Part shown: piece by piece, positions 43,263 through 53,411 of the stretch
Numbering within the stretch: position 1 is the stretch's first letter
How the letters are laid out: the number at the start of each line of letters is the position of its first letter
Virus record (IMG/VR): IMGVR_UViG_3300032116_021735
Direction: 5' to 3' (one strand)
DNA: 64,000 nucleotides
Source of the DNA: an uncultured virus (IMG/VR IMGVR_UViG_3300032116_021735)
Taxonomy: Duplodnaviria > Heunggongvirae > Uroviricota > Caudoviricetes
Program-made: the position numbers and the translations under genes
Notes under the pieces: model-generated
Seen by the model: only the letters and a program-made list of their open reading frames with translations
What the model was told of the DNA's origin: nothing
Databases searched by the model: none

Positions 43263-43901
43263 TTAGTACTTATCTACAAGTGTAATGATATAAAGCTGCG
43301 GTTTTTCTGGCCATAGAAATCTGGTTCTTAGTTCTTTTGTCTTGTAGTCAATTAATACAGGTACTTCTGATTTTATTACCTGTGCTAGATCGTCTTTTGA
43401 ACTGTAGGGAGAGTTTTTCATGGACAAAACATTCTGCCAGAAGAGCTTTACCTGTTCGTCTTTTACTAGACTGTCTCTCCAAAAGCAGGAATACAGAAAG
43501 TTGTCTTTTGAGTATGCATTTTCATGCTCTCCGTTTCTTACCCACCCTACTTTATAGTTGCTAAATCTCCAATGATCACCCAGTCCCCAGTCCATTAAAA
43601 GATGACCGTTTGCTTTTAGCTTTTTCTGACATTCAAGGAGTAATTTATCGGGAATCTTACAGAAATATGCGCATCTTGTACATATGATTAAGTCGTATTC
43701 TTCTTTCAAAGAATAGTTTGTATTAACATCCCAATTTCCAAGACTTATATCGTAAAAGTGTCTTATTTTTCCAAAAATTCTTCTTGTTAGTTCGTTTTCA
43801 GAAGAAAATCCTAAAAATGCAACGGATTCTACATTGGGATTATTGACTTCTCCCAAAATGTCTAGATAGTCTTGAAATATTAAGAAATCTGATTTACCCA
43901 T
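43263..43901 (-). CDS. Putative SAM-dependent methyltransferase (divergent)
   Basis: YDLIICTRCAYF..LKANGHLLMD resembles class I MTase motifs II/III; motif I is degenerate. Confidence 0.5.
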   Translation of the reverse strand: MGKSDFLIFQDYLDILGEVNNPNVESVAFLGFSSENELTRRIFGKIRHFYDISLGNWDVNTNYSLKEEYDLIICTRCAYFCKIPDKLLLECQKKLKANGHLLMDWGLGDHWRFSNYKVGWVRNGEHENAYSKDNFLYSCFWRDSLVKDEQVKLFWQNVLSMKNSPYSSKDDLAQVIKSEVPVLIDYKTKELRTRFLWPEKPQLYIITLVDKY

Positions 43902-44523
43902 TTTTTTGAAACACCAACGTTACATACCTGTCCGTCTGTAAACCGTAATGTTTTTCTATAAAAGATTCTATAAATTTTTCAGTATCTGAAAAATTATTCT
44001 GAAGATTCATGTACTTAATTTTTGACCACAAGAAATAGTCGCTTATTTGTAAATTTCTTGCACACATAATGCACGCCATGTCTAAATGGCCGCAAATATT
44101 CTTATGATCAAAATCAGAAAAGAAGACTCCATAGCAATACATGTTAGGAACTGTTATTATTAATTTCCCGTCATCTAAAAGCAAATCATAGAATCTTTTA
44201 GATAATTCATGAACAAAATAATTAGTTTCAACATGCTCTAAAACGTGTTCAGCGATTATTAGACTAAATTTTGAGTCAACTTCTTCAATTGAAGAAAAAT
44301 CTGCTCCTGAATTTGGATCAGAATCACAACAAAATACTTCCTGATAGTAATGAAGTAATTCTAAATTGTGAGCTCCGTCTTTTTTTCCTGATCCAAAATT
44401 GAGTACGGGTCCCGTAGTGGGATAATCCTTCCACATTCTAGGCTTTCTAATAGGCTTTGGAAATTTTTCAGATACTTTTGATCTAAAAGAAACTATTTCA
44501 GAATATGAAAGTTTTTTACTCAT
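43894..44523 (-). CDS. Class I SAM-dependent methyltransferase
   Basis: VLNFGSG, FSLIIAEHVLEHV, LLDDGKLIITVPN. Confidence 0.8.
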   Translation of the reverse strand: MSKKLSYSEIVSFRSKVSEKFPKPIRKPRMWKDYPTTGPVLNFGSGKKDGAHNLELLHYYQEVFCCDSDPNSGADFSSIEEVDSKFSLIIAEHVLEHVETNYFVHELSKRFYDLLLDDGKLIITVPNMYCYGVFFSDFDHKNICGHLDMACIMCARNLQISDYFLWSKIKYMNLQNNFSDTEKFIESFIEKHYGLQTDRYVTLVFQKNG

Positions 44524-44527
44524 TAAA

Positions 44528-45289
44528 TTAGCCGTTCAGAATGTTGTCACAGATTTGTTTCCACTTAGAAAAAGATATTTTCTTGTCATTTGAATAAGAA
44601 TTATCGTATTTTGGCGTTCCTCTTCCTTGATGAATAAACATTACCTTATTAGAAGAGTCAAGACACCTATCCATCCCGCAGTCTTTTCCAAGTTCTCTAA
44701 AGGGAGAATTGCAAATGTCAACAAGTGAAGAGTCGTTGTAGGTATTTCTAAATAAACGAGTTTTTAGACCGTTTTCTCTACAATAGACTGTCAAAAGGTC
44801 TGCGGAGTCGATGTGCGGGTATACAGGAAAAAGAGAAGTAGATTTAAATAAAGAAGATTCAACAAAAAGACCTGAACTGTGCAAGGCATTTACTCTATTG
44901 TCAGCTTTGTCTTCACAGACTCCTGCTAAAAAGACGTTATCTTCTATACATCTTTTTAATTCATCGAAAAAGCTGCTAGATACAACGCACGTATCGCTGT
45001 GACAAGTAAAAACATAATTGGTATTAATGTGAGACTTAGAAATTTCTAGCGCTTCGGCGTGAGCATCTGAATTTTTTAAATTAGTAGGATTTTTTAAGAC
45101 TAAACAGTCTTCAGAAGAAAATTTCTCCAAATTAAAATCAGAATTTTCTATCACTATAAACTTTAAAGAGAAGTCTTTTGTTAAGAATTTCTTAAAACTC
45201 TTGATCATAATCTCTAGGAGATCGGGAGTTTTGTACGTAGCTGACACTACTGTTATCTCATATTGACTCATTTTTTTATAATTCTTCAA
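44528..45289 (-). CDS. GT-A fold (GT2-like) glycosyltransferase
   Basis: TVVSATYK, IVIENS, HAEALE, YVFTCHSDTCV (DxD-like), FIHQGRG. Confidence 0.65.
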   Translation of the reverse strand: MKNYKKMSQYEITVVSATYKTPDLLEIMIKSFKKFLTKDFSLKFIVIENSDFNLEKFSSEDCLVLKNPTNLKNSDAHAEALEISKSHINTNYVFTCHSDTCVVSSSFFDELKRCIEDNVFLAGVCEDKADNRVNALHSSGLFVESSLFKSTSLFPVYPHIDSADLLTVYCRENGLKTRLFRNTYNDSSLVDICNSPFRELGKDCGMDRCLDSSNKVMFIHQGRGTPKYDNSYSNDKKISFSKWKQICDNILNG

Positions 45290-45989
45290 TAAAACAAAAT
45301 TGTATACTTTCTTCTTTTCTCAGGATCCAATTTTGAAGATCTTCCTTCATGTTTTTACTCAAATAACTTTTGTCCCATTCGCACGCATGGTAAACTATTT
45401 CAAGAGCTTCTCTTTCATAAGTTTCTGGTAGGGGCTCGAAGGGTGGACTTATGTCGTAATAGACTACCTTATTGAAGGATTCGTCTTCTTTTGCGTAAGT
45501 CTCTTTTGCATAGTCTTTTTTTGAAAGAGCAAGTGTCTTAATTCCAACGTCTGCCGCAGCTTTTATAGCACTAGGAGACATTCTCCATGCTGGTGGCCTG
45601 AAAATCTTTTTAAACTTACTCTCTAGACCTGATTGAGATACAATTGAAAACATTGTATTGAATTTTTCAATGGCCTGATCGTATGTCAAGTATTGAAATT
45701 CATCATTATCTGATTTCCCCGGTATTCCATGAAATAATCCGTGATAGCAAATCTCGAAATTTTTTTCAGGTAGGCTATTGATAAAGAAAATAAAATCTTG
45801 ATAGTCAGAAATAACCAAGGGTCTGTCGGATATAGTTTCTCTTTTTATTGTTCGCCAATAGGCGATAGGAATAAAAAGTGTAAACTTAATATTGGGAAAT
45901 TTTTCTATTAATTCAAAGCAGGAATCTAAAACTTTTATTGAAGACAAGGGATGAGGTGAGACATCATCTATGCTTATGTTAACCTTCAT
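45276..45989 (-). CDS. Polysaccharide deacetylase / DUF2334-like (NodB fold)
   Basis: ISIDDV, KFTLFIP, EICYHGLFH, FRPPAW; start set at ATG 45989. Confidence 0.75.
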   Translation of the reverse strand: MKVNISIDDVSPHPLSSIKVLDSCFELIEKFPNIKFTLFIPIAYWRTIKRETISDRPLVISDYQDFIFFINSLPEKNFEICYHGLFHGIPGKSDNDEFQYLTYDQAIEKFNTMFSIVSQSGLESKFKKIFRPPAWRMSPSAIKAAADVGIKTLALSKKDYAKETYAKEDESFNKVVYYDISPPFEPLPETYEREALEIVYHACEWDKSYLSKNMKEDLQNWILRKEESIQFCFIEEL

Positions 45990-46903
45990 GCAATTTCCTC
46001 CAAGAAATCTAAGTATTCTTTTGACATATCGTGAGAATTTCTTACGTAACAAGATTCCTTGTAGAGATTTTCAAACTCTGTCTTTTTATTTTTTAGTATA
46101 TCTTTTAGATTCTCAAAGTTATTGTAACTCATTCCATTATTTTGACAATATTCATTAATACTTCCTCCTTCACAATGGTAAAGAACAGGAAGACCTGCAG
46201 CCATAGCTTCTAGTACGTGATTCGCTCCTGCCTCTTTCTTAGATGCAGTTATATAAAGATGATTTTCAGGTAAAATTCTTGAAAGACTTTGCGTATCTTG
46301 GGGTCCGAGGTAATTTGTTAGATTAACTCCTTCAGGTTTTCTTCCTACGAAAAGAAAACTGTATTCACCCTTGCTATTTATACAAAATTCATCTAATTCT
46401 TGGTATAAGTCAAATCCTTTCATCTGGTTGTTGGACCAGTGATGAGACACTATCTTTATAGTATTGGAAAACTGAAGTTTATTTGTATTGAGAAAGAAAT
46501 CTTTCAGAGGAGCATTTGCTATGACCTTGTCGTTCTTATGATTTAGACCAAGGTAATTCTTAGCCCAGAAGCTCGGATATATCAGTACGTCAGAAAGTCT
46601 AGCAGTCTGGGAAACTATGTCAAAAAGCTCAGGCTTGCCATGTGTTCCAAGATCACCTATTCTTTGAACAATTTTAGAATTACTATTATTTCTTCTCTTT
46701 AAGAGCATGTCCATGTAAGAGACATGCTGAGTAGATCTTGGATCCAAACAAAAATAAATGTCAAATGAATTAGATTTATGTAGCTCTTCTTCGAAGAAAA
46801 CTTGATGTTTCCTTCTTTGAGCTTCTTCCACTATCGCAGAAAGAACTTTAGATCCTCCACCCCAAGGTCCAGGATTAGGTCTTCTGTTAAAATAGATTTT
46901 CAT
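45986..46903 (-). CDS. GT4-like glycosyltransferase
   Basis: GPWGGG N-term; MKGFD; ASKKEAGANHVLEAMAAGLPVLY..GG. Confidence 0.82.
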   Translation of the reverse strand: MKIYFNRRPNPGPWGGGSKVLSAIVEEAQRRKHQVFFEEELHKSNSFDIYFCLDPRSTQHVSYMDMLLKRRNNSNSKIVQRIGDLGTHGKPELFDIVSQTARLSDVLIYPSFWAKNYLGLNHKNDKVIANAPLKDFFLNTNKLQFSNTIKIVSHHWSNNQMKGFDLYQELDEFCINSKGEYSFLFVGRKPEGVNLTNYLGPQDTQSLSRILPENHLYITASKKEAGANHVLEAMAAGLPVLYHCEGGSINEYCQNNGMSYNNFENLKDILKNKKTEFENLYKESCYVRNSHDMSKEYLDFLEEIA

Positions 46904-47993
46904 TAAAAATTTTACTCTTTTCTTTTATGTCTTTTACCAGCTCTGGGTATATGAATTCGGGCTTGATAGACTGAGATACATGCTTGGCGGAAGTTAGATA
47001 CTCGCCAGCATTATACTTGTCTAGCATTTCATAAAATTTTGAGACATCTTCCATTCTTTGAATTGTCTCACCGTTTTTACCTGGTGTTACTAGGTCCGAA
47101 ACACCAATATGAGGCATAGTAAAAATTGGTACTCCTGCTTGAATGGCCTCTATCATTGCCCTCGGTCCATATTCAAACTCGGCGGTATTTACAAAAATCT
47201 TGCTCTTTGAGAGTAATTCGATCTTTAGCTCATCGTTTGTATTAAAGTATATGTCTACATTTGAAGCTATATTTTTGACTTCTTTAAGGACGTGGTGTCC
47301 ATTATTGAGATATCCTTTATTGTCAGGGTTTCTTCCTGCTATGCAGCCCTTTAAGTTTTTAAATCTTGGATCTCTTGACAACATTCTTAAGAATTCAACT
47401 TGTCTTTTTCTTGGATCGAAAGAAGAAATCATTATCCAGTCGTAGACTTTTTCTGTCTTTTGAATTTTGTCTACGTCTAGTTCTGTAAATTTCTTGCAAG
47501 TTGTTCTCGATATTCCTATGGGAATATCTGCCGGGACTGTTTTAAATTTTGCTTGATGAGAAATTCCTTCCAAGATAGCGTAATGGTGGTATTTCTTGTC
47601 AAGACAATTTCTAGAATTAGTACCAAGAATAACTGGATTGAACATAACGAATATGTCTTTTAATTCCCTGCATGTTTCATATTCGCTAAAACAATAACCA
47701 TAAGATCCAGGATCAGAGTTAATAATTTTTATCATATTTTCTCTATCCCAATTATTGACAATAAATTTTCCTTTTTCTACTTCTATCTTGTCTATAATTT
47801 CATCTCTGTGATTGTCGTGGGGTCCTTTTCTTGGAAAAATGACTACCTGATCTACAAGTCCAAACTTAATAAAGTTATAATACATGTATGTGTAATGCTC
47901 AGAAAGTGGGTCTGAGTTTAGCACTTGTCCACAAGTGTGGCTTGGGTGGTCCATTACGTAAGATGGAGAATTAAAAACGTATAGCTTTTTCAT
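46887..47993 (-). CDS. GT4-like glycosyltransferase
   Basis: FDPRKRQ; FVNTAEFEYGPRAMIEAIQAGVP..DLVTPGKNG. Confidence 0.8.
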   Translation of the reverse strand: MKKLYVFNSPSYVMDHPSHTCGQVLNSDPLSEHYTYMYYNFIKFGLVDQVVIFPRKGPHDNHRDEIIDKIEVEKGKFIVNNWDRENMIKIINSDPGSYGYCFSEYETCRELKDIFVMFNPVILGTNSRNCLDKKYHHYAILEGISHQAKFKTVPADIPIGISRTTCKKFTELDVDKIQKTEKVYDWIMISSFDPRKRQVEFLRMLSRDPRFKNLKGCIAGRNPDNKGYLNNGHHVLKEVKNIASNVDIYFNTNDELKIELLSKSKIFVNTAEFEYGPRAMIEAIQAGVPIFTMPHIGVSDLVTPGKNGETIQRMEDVSKFYEMLDKYNAGEYLTSAKHVSQSIKPEFIYPELVKDIKEKSKIFNENLF

Positions 47994-47997
47994 GTTA

Positions 47998-48699
47998 TTA
48001 AAACCGGGTTAGTAGAACCTGACCGTAATCTATTTCTTCATCAGAAAGCCTTCTATCGTCAAAGAAAATTCTCCTATCCATGATTATGAGTTCTTTAGAT
48101 TCATCTTCAATTTCATTGATTAATTTTGAACACTCTATGTCTTTTTGAACTTTTGAAGGCATGTGATAATCGTCAAAGAGAAGAACTTTTTGCCATTTAT
48201 CTTTACATAAATCCCAGTCTTTCTTTACACCTTCGTAAGTGTGATCTCCATCAATGTATATCATGTCAAAATTGCCAATATTTTTAAGAGCAATTTCTGA
48301 TTTTTCTTGAACAAAGTTTATTCTTTGAAACCAGCTTGAAGGAAATATCTTTAATAGATTTTGTATGTGATTCTTGTCAAAGTTTGGATCTATTGTAGTT
48401 ACCTTGCCATCAATACCAGCTTCTTCCATCGCTTTAACGGCACAAAAGGCGGAATATCCTCTACCAAACCCTACCTCAAGATATGAACTTACGTTATACT
48501 TTTTTATTAGTGCATGAATTAGCATGCCTCTTTCGTAATTGGGTCTATAAAAACAGCCTACCTTCTTGTAAAGGTCAGATCCAGGAGATCTAGTTTTTTT
48601 TGCTGTAAATTCTCCTATTGTGTCAAAATCTCCCAAAGACAGAGAATCAACAGGGCAGCCAAGTTGAGATAGTTTTTCTTTAATGTGGGTTATTTTCAT
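47998..48699 (-). CDS. Class I SAM methyltransferase (Methyltransf_24-like)
   Basis: YLEVGFGRGYSA, VTTIDP, FDMIYIDGDHTYEGVKKD, LLFDDY. Confidence 0.88.
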   Translation of the reverse strand: MKITHIKEKLSQLGCPVDSLSLGDFDTIGEFTAKKTRSPGSDLYKKVGCFYRPNYERGMLIHALIKKYNVSSYLEVGFGRGYSAFCAVKAMEEAGIDGKVTTIDPNFDKNHIQNLLKIFPSSWFQRINFVQEKSEIALKNIGNFDMIYIDGDHTYEGVKKDWDLCKDKWQKVLLFDDYHMPSKVQKDIECSKLINEIEDESKELIIMDRRIFFDDRRLSDEEIDYGQVLLTRF

Positions 48700-48700
48700 C

Positions 48701-49594
48701 CTAGAGAGATAATATTAAATTTCTATAAGATGAATAACCCGATGGAATCTTTAGAAGATCTACGTTAGGAACTTGAGAAATTGCTTTGGAAACATCTTCT
48801 GATATTGAATCTTTTTCAAGAACAATCTCAGCGATTCCTACGGGCCTGGATACGACCGGTATATTGAGAAGACCGCATTCTATCAAAGACTGTGGACCGC
48901 CTTCACACCTAGATGTAACAGGGTATAGATCAAGGCATTGATATAGCTCGTTCAAGACATTCTGAGATGGTCTATCAAAATATGTGTAATTGATGTTTAA
49001 GTCCATCAGCTTATTAATGACATATTGTCTACGCCAACCTGCAAGGACAACATGAAGATCATCTCTTTTTATCTTCTCTAGATAGTCAACTAGAAGATCT
49101 GGGCCTTTTTCTAACTTTGGAGACAAAAGATCGGAACCTTCCGTATCTCTTTGAAATGATCCCACGCAGAAACTATCGACAGGCAGTCCATGCTTTGCTC
49201 TAAGATCTTTCTTATCTCCTGTCCTTTTCCAAATTTTTTGATTTGCCCAATAAGGAATTACATGAACAGGTTTATCTGTTATATTTTTTACAAATTTTTC
49301 TGTTCTAAAATTTGGAACGTGGTAAACTGATGTCAAAGAATCTCTATCTAGAAATTCTTTAAGCTTATTGTTGTTAAATTTATCTTCTACGATATGATGT
49401 ATCGTAGTTATAACCTTCTTTTTTGTCAAGAAATTTCTGGGTATATTGTTATAACACCAACTTGCCATCAACCAGACTACATCAGCTTCAACTATGTTGT
49501 TTGTGCTAATATCAAAATTATCTTGATACCACTCATCAACAAGCCTGTCTACTATCCAGTCTTCTGATGGTCTAAGTAGAAATACTTTGTTCAT
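48701..49594 (-). CDS. GT4-like glycosyltransferase
   Basis: GSFQRD..EKGPD; LYQCLDLYPVTSRCEGGPQSLIEC..PVVSRPVG. Confidence 0.8.
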   Translation of the reverse strand: MNKVFLLRPSEDWIVDRLVDEWYQDNFDISTNNIVEADVVWLMASWCYNNIPRNFLTKKKVITTIHHIVEDKFNNNKLKEFLDRDSLTSVYHVPNFRTEKFVKNITDKPVHVIPYWANQKIWKRTGDKKDLRAKHGLPVDSFCVGSFQRDTEGSDLLSPKLEKGPDLLVDYLEKIKRDDLHVVLAGWRRQYVINKLMDLNINYTYFDRPSQNVLNELYQCLDLYPVTSRCEGGPQSLIECGLLNIPVVSRPVGIAEIVLEKDSISEDVSKAISQVPNVDLLKIPSGYSSYRNLILSL

Positions 49595-50586
49595 AGACCA
49601 AGTGAAGCCTTTTCTCTTTTTGCAAGTTCAATGTCATGAACTACCATTTTAGTGACCAAAGACTTAAAATCAACTTTGGGAGACCACCCAAGTAAAGTTT
49701 TTGCTTTGTTGTAGTCGCCTGTCAGAGTATCAACTTCTGAAGGCCTCATGAATTTCTCGTCTATCTTTAAATATTTTTTAGGATCAAGTTGAGCAGCTTC
49801 AAATGCTGCATTCACAAAATCATGAACAGAATGCTGCACTCCTGTTCCAATCACAAAATCTTCAGGAGATTCATGCTGTAACATTCGCCACATTGCTTCC
49901 ACATATTCAGGAGCATAACCCCAGTCTCTCATGGCAGAAGTATTTCCCAGCTTAAGATCTTCCTGAAGACCTTCCTTAATTCTTCCAACAGCCCTCGTTA
50001 TCTTTCTTGTGACGAAATTTTCTCCTCTGCGCTCAGACTCATGATTAAAAAGAATTCCGCTACATGCAAATATTCCATATGATTCTCTATAGTTCTGGGT
50101 GATGTAATGGGCATACACCTTTGCACATCCATATGGGCTTCTAGGGTAGAACGGCGTAGATTCATTTTGTGGAGTTTCTCTCACTTTGCCAAACATTTCG
50201 CTGGATGATGCTTGATAAAATTTACAATTAATTTTTGATCTTCTAATTGCGTCGAGAAGATTAAGTGCACCTAAAGCAGTTACTTCAGAAGTATTAACAG
50301 GCTGATCGAAAGAAAGACCTACGTGACTTTGAGCTGCAAGATTATAAACTTCATCAGGCCCTATGTCTTCTAGCAGTCCTCTCATACCAGACGCGTCCAT
50401 TAAATCTCCGTGGTGGACAACTAGCTTGTTGGTCAACATAGCATTCTTGAGATGACCCCACCTATCTGGTGTGAATTGTGTTGACTGTCTTATAAGACCA
50501 TGTACTTCGTATCCTTTGTCTATTAAAAGATCTACAAGATAGCTTCCATCTTGACCTGTCACACCTGTTATAAATGCCTTTTTCAT
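49591..50586 (-). CDS. gmd: GDP-mannose 4,6-dehydratase
   Basis: AFITGVTGQDGSYL, YNLAAQSHV, YQASSSEMFG, PRSPYGCAK, GILFNHES, FVTRKIT, RDWGYA. Confidence 0.95.
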   Translation of the reverse strand: MKKAFITGVTGQDGSYLVDLLIDKGYEVHGLIRQSTQFTPDRWGHLKNAMLTNKLVVHHGDLMDASGMRGLLEDIGPDEVYNLAAQSHVGLSFDQPVNTSEVTALGALNLLDAIRRSKINCKFYQASSSEMFGKVRETPQNESTPFYPRSPYGCAKVYAHYITQNYRESYGIFACSGILFNHESERRGENFVTRKITRAVGRIKEGLQEDLKLGNTSAMRDWGYAPEYVEAMWRMLQHESPEDFVIGTGVQHSVHDFVNAAFEAAQLDPKKYLKIDEKFMRPSEVDTLTGDYNKAKTLLGWSPKVDFKSLVTKMVVHDIELAKREKASLGL

Positions 50587-50945
50587 CAAGACCTCTTCTT
50601 AATTTCGTGAACAAATATTGGAGAAAAAGCAGTACCATTAAACATCGTTGCTAGCATCGCCAATTCTTTGGTTGTAATATTTTCAAGCTTTGCTCTCTTG
50701 TCAAAGATGTTTGGATCTAGTTCTTCTCTTCCGTTTATGTTTACGGAATCATAATACATCTGTGCTATTAGATTAACACCTTCATTAGAAATGGGAATGT
50801 TTGACTCTTGAAATACGTCTACTAGACAATTGAAGATATCTGTATAAATTTGAATACACGTAGAAGAATTTAAATTACTCTCTTTGTAGGACTCTAGCTT
50901 AGAAACAAGTAGCTTAGATAAAGAATCGTGAATTTGCTTATTCAT
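50586..50945 (-). CDS. Hypothetical protein (119 aa)
   Basis: Coupled ORF inside the glycan cluster; no motif recognised. Confidence 0.6.
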   Translation of the reverse strand: MNKQIHDSLSKLLVSKLESYKESNLNSSTCIQIYTDIFNCLVDVFQESNIPISNEGVNLIAQMYYDSVNINGREELDPNIFDKRAKLENITTKELAMLATMFNGTAFSPIFVHEIKKRS

Positions 50946-51873
50946 TTGTCATTCCATTTATTGTTTTTTCAAGTCCGTCATCAAAAGATGTGTAATTAGT
51001 TTTTATTATTCTTGAAAGCTTTTTTGAAGATATGCTGTACCGTTTGTCATGTCCTGGTCTATCTTGTGAAGTAACTACAATATCTTCAAATTTAATAGTT
51101 TTGTCTTTCTTTTTGTTGTAAGCGTTAAGAACTTTTCTTAATACTTCGATATTCTTCAAAGAGATGCCGGAGCTCAAGTTATACGTGTTATTCCAGACAA
51201 CAGATTCTTTATTTAGAATAGATCTTACAATTTTTGCAGTGTCTTCAACGTAAGTCCATTCTCTTTCCTGGTCTCCTGCTCCATATAGGGGAAATTTTTT
51301 TGAATTTTCTATACAATCAAGAAACTTAGGAATTAGCTTTTCTTTGTATTGACCTGGGCCGTAATTGTTGGAAGGTCTAACTATAATATAGTCAATTCCA
51401 AAAGTATTCCACCAGGACTTGATCATTAGATCTGCTGCAGCTTTTGTAACAGAATAAGGATTCATTGGATTTAGTATAGAATCTTCTGTGAATGTATTAG
51501 AAGATGCAGGACCATATACTTCGTCTGTTGATATATGAAGAAGTTTAATTTTTAGTTCCTTACATACTTTTAGTACGGAAGTAGTTCCAAAAATATTGGA
51601 TTCAATAAAAGGATTGCAATCGTTTATTGAATTATCAACATGTGTCTCTGCGGCAAAATTAACAATTACGTCGGGACAAAATTTTTCTACTTCTTCTAAC
51701 AGAGATTTTGTGTCTTTAATATCAAGATTGACAAACTTTGAAAGTTTAGTTGTTTCTAAATTTGAAGCGTAGGTCAACTTATCAACATTGAGAACATCAT
51801 CACCAGATTCTACGAAGTGTCTTACAGCATGACTGCCAATAAATCCAGCTCCACCCGTTATGATAACTCTCAT
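50938..51873 (-). CDS. rmlB: dTDP-glucose 4,6-dehydratase
   Basis: ITGGAGFIGS, DKLTYA, NFAAETHVDNSI, HISTDEVYG, PYSVTKA, SNNYGP, REWTYVED, DRPGHDKRY. Confidence 0.93.
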   Translation of the reverse strand: MRVIITGGAGFIGSHAVRHFVESGDDVLNVDKLTYASNLETTKLSKFVNLDIKDTKSLLEEVEKFCPDVIVNFAAETHVDNSINDCNPFIESNIFGTTSVLKVCKELKIKLLHISTDEVYGPASSNTFTEDSILNPMNPYSVTKAAADLMIKSWWNTFGIDYIIVRPSNNYGPGQYKEKLIPKFLDCIENSKKFPLYGAGDQEREWTYVEDTAKIVRSILNKESVVWNNTYNLSSGISLKNIEVLRKVLNAYNKKKDKTIKFEDIVVTSQDRPGHDKRYSISSKKLSRIIKTNYTSFDDGLEKTINGMTNE

Positions 51874-52695
51874 TTATTTTCCGTAATTTTCAAGACACCA
51901 ATCAAGAGCAACTTCTGAGTTCCTCGGAATGTAACCTGTAGACGTTATCTTTTCAAGACTCAAAATAGTATTTACTCTTTTTACTTTTAAAGTTTTCAAA
52001 TAAGAACTATAGTCAATCTTTTTGACTTCAAGGTCTGGGCTTATTGTCCTCTTTACTCTTTTAGCTATTTTGTAAGGAGTTACAGTTCCGGAATTTGCAA
52101 GATTAAATATGCCATAATGATTACCCTCTATCAGGTGGTTAATCATGTCTTTCATGTCTTCTATACATGTCATACTATTAGGAACATCAATAAAATTTCC
52201 TGACTTCAAAGAAGCAAATTTTGTTAGCATGTTTGTTGGATTTGGTACCGAAGAGACCAGCTGTCTTGGTCTACCGATTGTTATTTTTTCATATCCAAGA
52301 TTCATTATAAGATCGTCTGCTTGTGCTTTGCACTTTGTATACCATGCAGATGGGTTGGGCTTATCATTCTCGTCATAAGCTCTTCCCGTCTCCATTCCAT
52401 CAAAAATACATCCGCTACTCAAGTGAAACAGGTGAAGACCGAGATCTCTACAAACCTTCGCGACATTAAGAGCTCCTACTACATTTACTTCATAGCACTC
52501 ATCTTCATTTTCTTCGCACCACTCCAAATTTATTTTTGCAGCAGTGTTAATAACTGTAGTTCCTTTAGGAATAGAAGAAAGACACTTTCTTACTGATTCA
52601 ATATCTTTTATCTCTATTTCTCTATGGGAAAAAACTACGTCGCTGTCTTCTTTTATTATGTTAGAAACTTTTCCAGAACCAATTATTGCTTTCAC
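51874..52695 (-). CDS. NDP-4-keto-6-deoxyglucose 3,5-epimerase/4-reductase (RmlD superfamily, NRS/ER-like)
   Basis: NLEWCE..NVVGAL, SSGCIF, YTKCK (YxxxK), NMLTK, IDVPNSMT, GIFNLANSG; GTG start at 52695 overlaps the rmlA stop. Confidence 0.75.
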   Translation of the reverse strand: MKAIIGSGKVSNIIKEDSDVVFSHREIEIKDIESVRKCLSSIPKGTTVINTAAKINLEWCEENEDECYEVNVVGALNVAKVCRDLGLHLFHLSSGCIFDGMETGRAYDENDKPNPSAWYTKCKAQADDLIMNLGYEKITIGRPRQLVSSVPNPTNMLTKFASLKSGNFIDVPNSMTCIEDMKDMINHLIEGNHYGIFNLANSGTVTPYKIAKRVKRTISPDLEVKKIDYSSYLKTLKVKRVNTILSLEKITSTGYIPRNSEVALDWCLENYGK

Positions 52696-53411
52696 TTTAG
52701 TCTCCAAACTGTTTCGTTAGCTCTTTTATAAGACTCATGTGTTCCTGCGTCTATCCACTCACACTTTAATTCTACGACATCGCCGATACTATTTTTAACA
52801 AGCCAGGAATTGACATCGCTTATCTCATATTCACCTCTTCCTGAAATTTTTAAACTGTCTATCACTGGAAAGACTTCAGGACTATAGCAATACAGACCTA
52901 CTATCGCGATGTTTGTGGGAGGAAATTTTGGTTTTTCAACAATGTCGACTACAATTCCATCTTTATATACTGGTACTCCGAATCTTTCGGGATCTTTGAC
53001 TTTTTTTCCAAAAAGCCTATATCTTCCACTAGATGATTCAAATTCTTTTAAGAATCCTTTGATTTGCTCGTGATCACTAAAAATATTGTCTCCAAGTAAT
53101 ACAACGAATTTATCGTCTCTCACAAAATCTCTGCATAATTTTAGTGCAGCCGCAATTCCGTCTGCGACGTCTTGAACTCTATATGTTATAGAACACCCCA
53201 AGTCCGATCCTGAACCGAGGACTGAAACGACTTGACCCATGTGTTCCAGACCAGTTATAATCATAATGTCAGTTATATTGGATCTTTTTAAAAGATCTAT
53301 CATTCTAAAAATCATCGGCTCTCTTCCTACTGGAAGTAGACATTTATTTGTAACTTTGGTCAGCGGATAGAGTCTACTTCCAGTACCTCCAGCAAGAATT
53401 ATTCCTCTCAT
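52692..53411 (-). CDS. rmlA: Glucose-1-phosphate thymidylyltransferase
   Basis: GIILAGGTGSRLYPLT, LLGDNIF, DPERFGV, VEKPK, GLYCY, SGRGEYEISD, WIDAGT. Confidence 0.93.
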   Translation of the reverse strand: MRGIILAGGTGSRLYPLTKVTNKCLLPVGREPMIFRMIDLLKRSNITDIMIITGLEHMGQVVSVLGSGSDLGCSITYRVQDVADGIAAALKLCRDFVRDDKFVVLLGDNIFSDHEQIKGFLKEFESSSGRYRLFGKKVKDPERFGVPVYKDGIVVDIVEKPKFPPTNIAIVGLYCYSPEVFPVIDSLKISGRGEYEISDVNSWLVKNSIGDVVELKCEWIDAGTHESYKRANETVWRLK

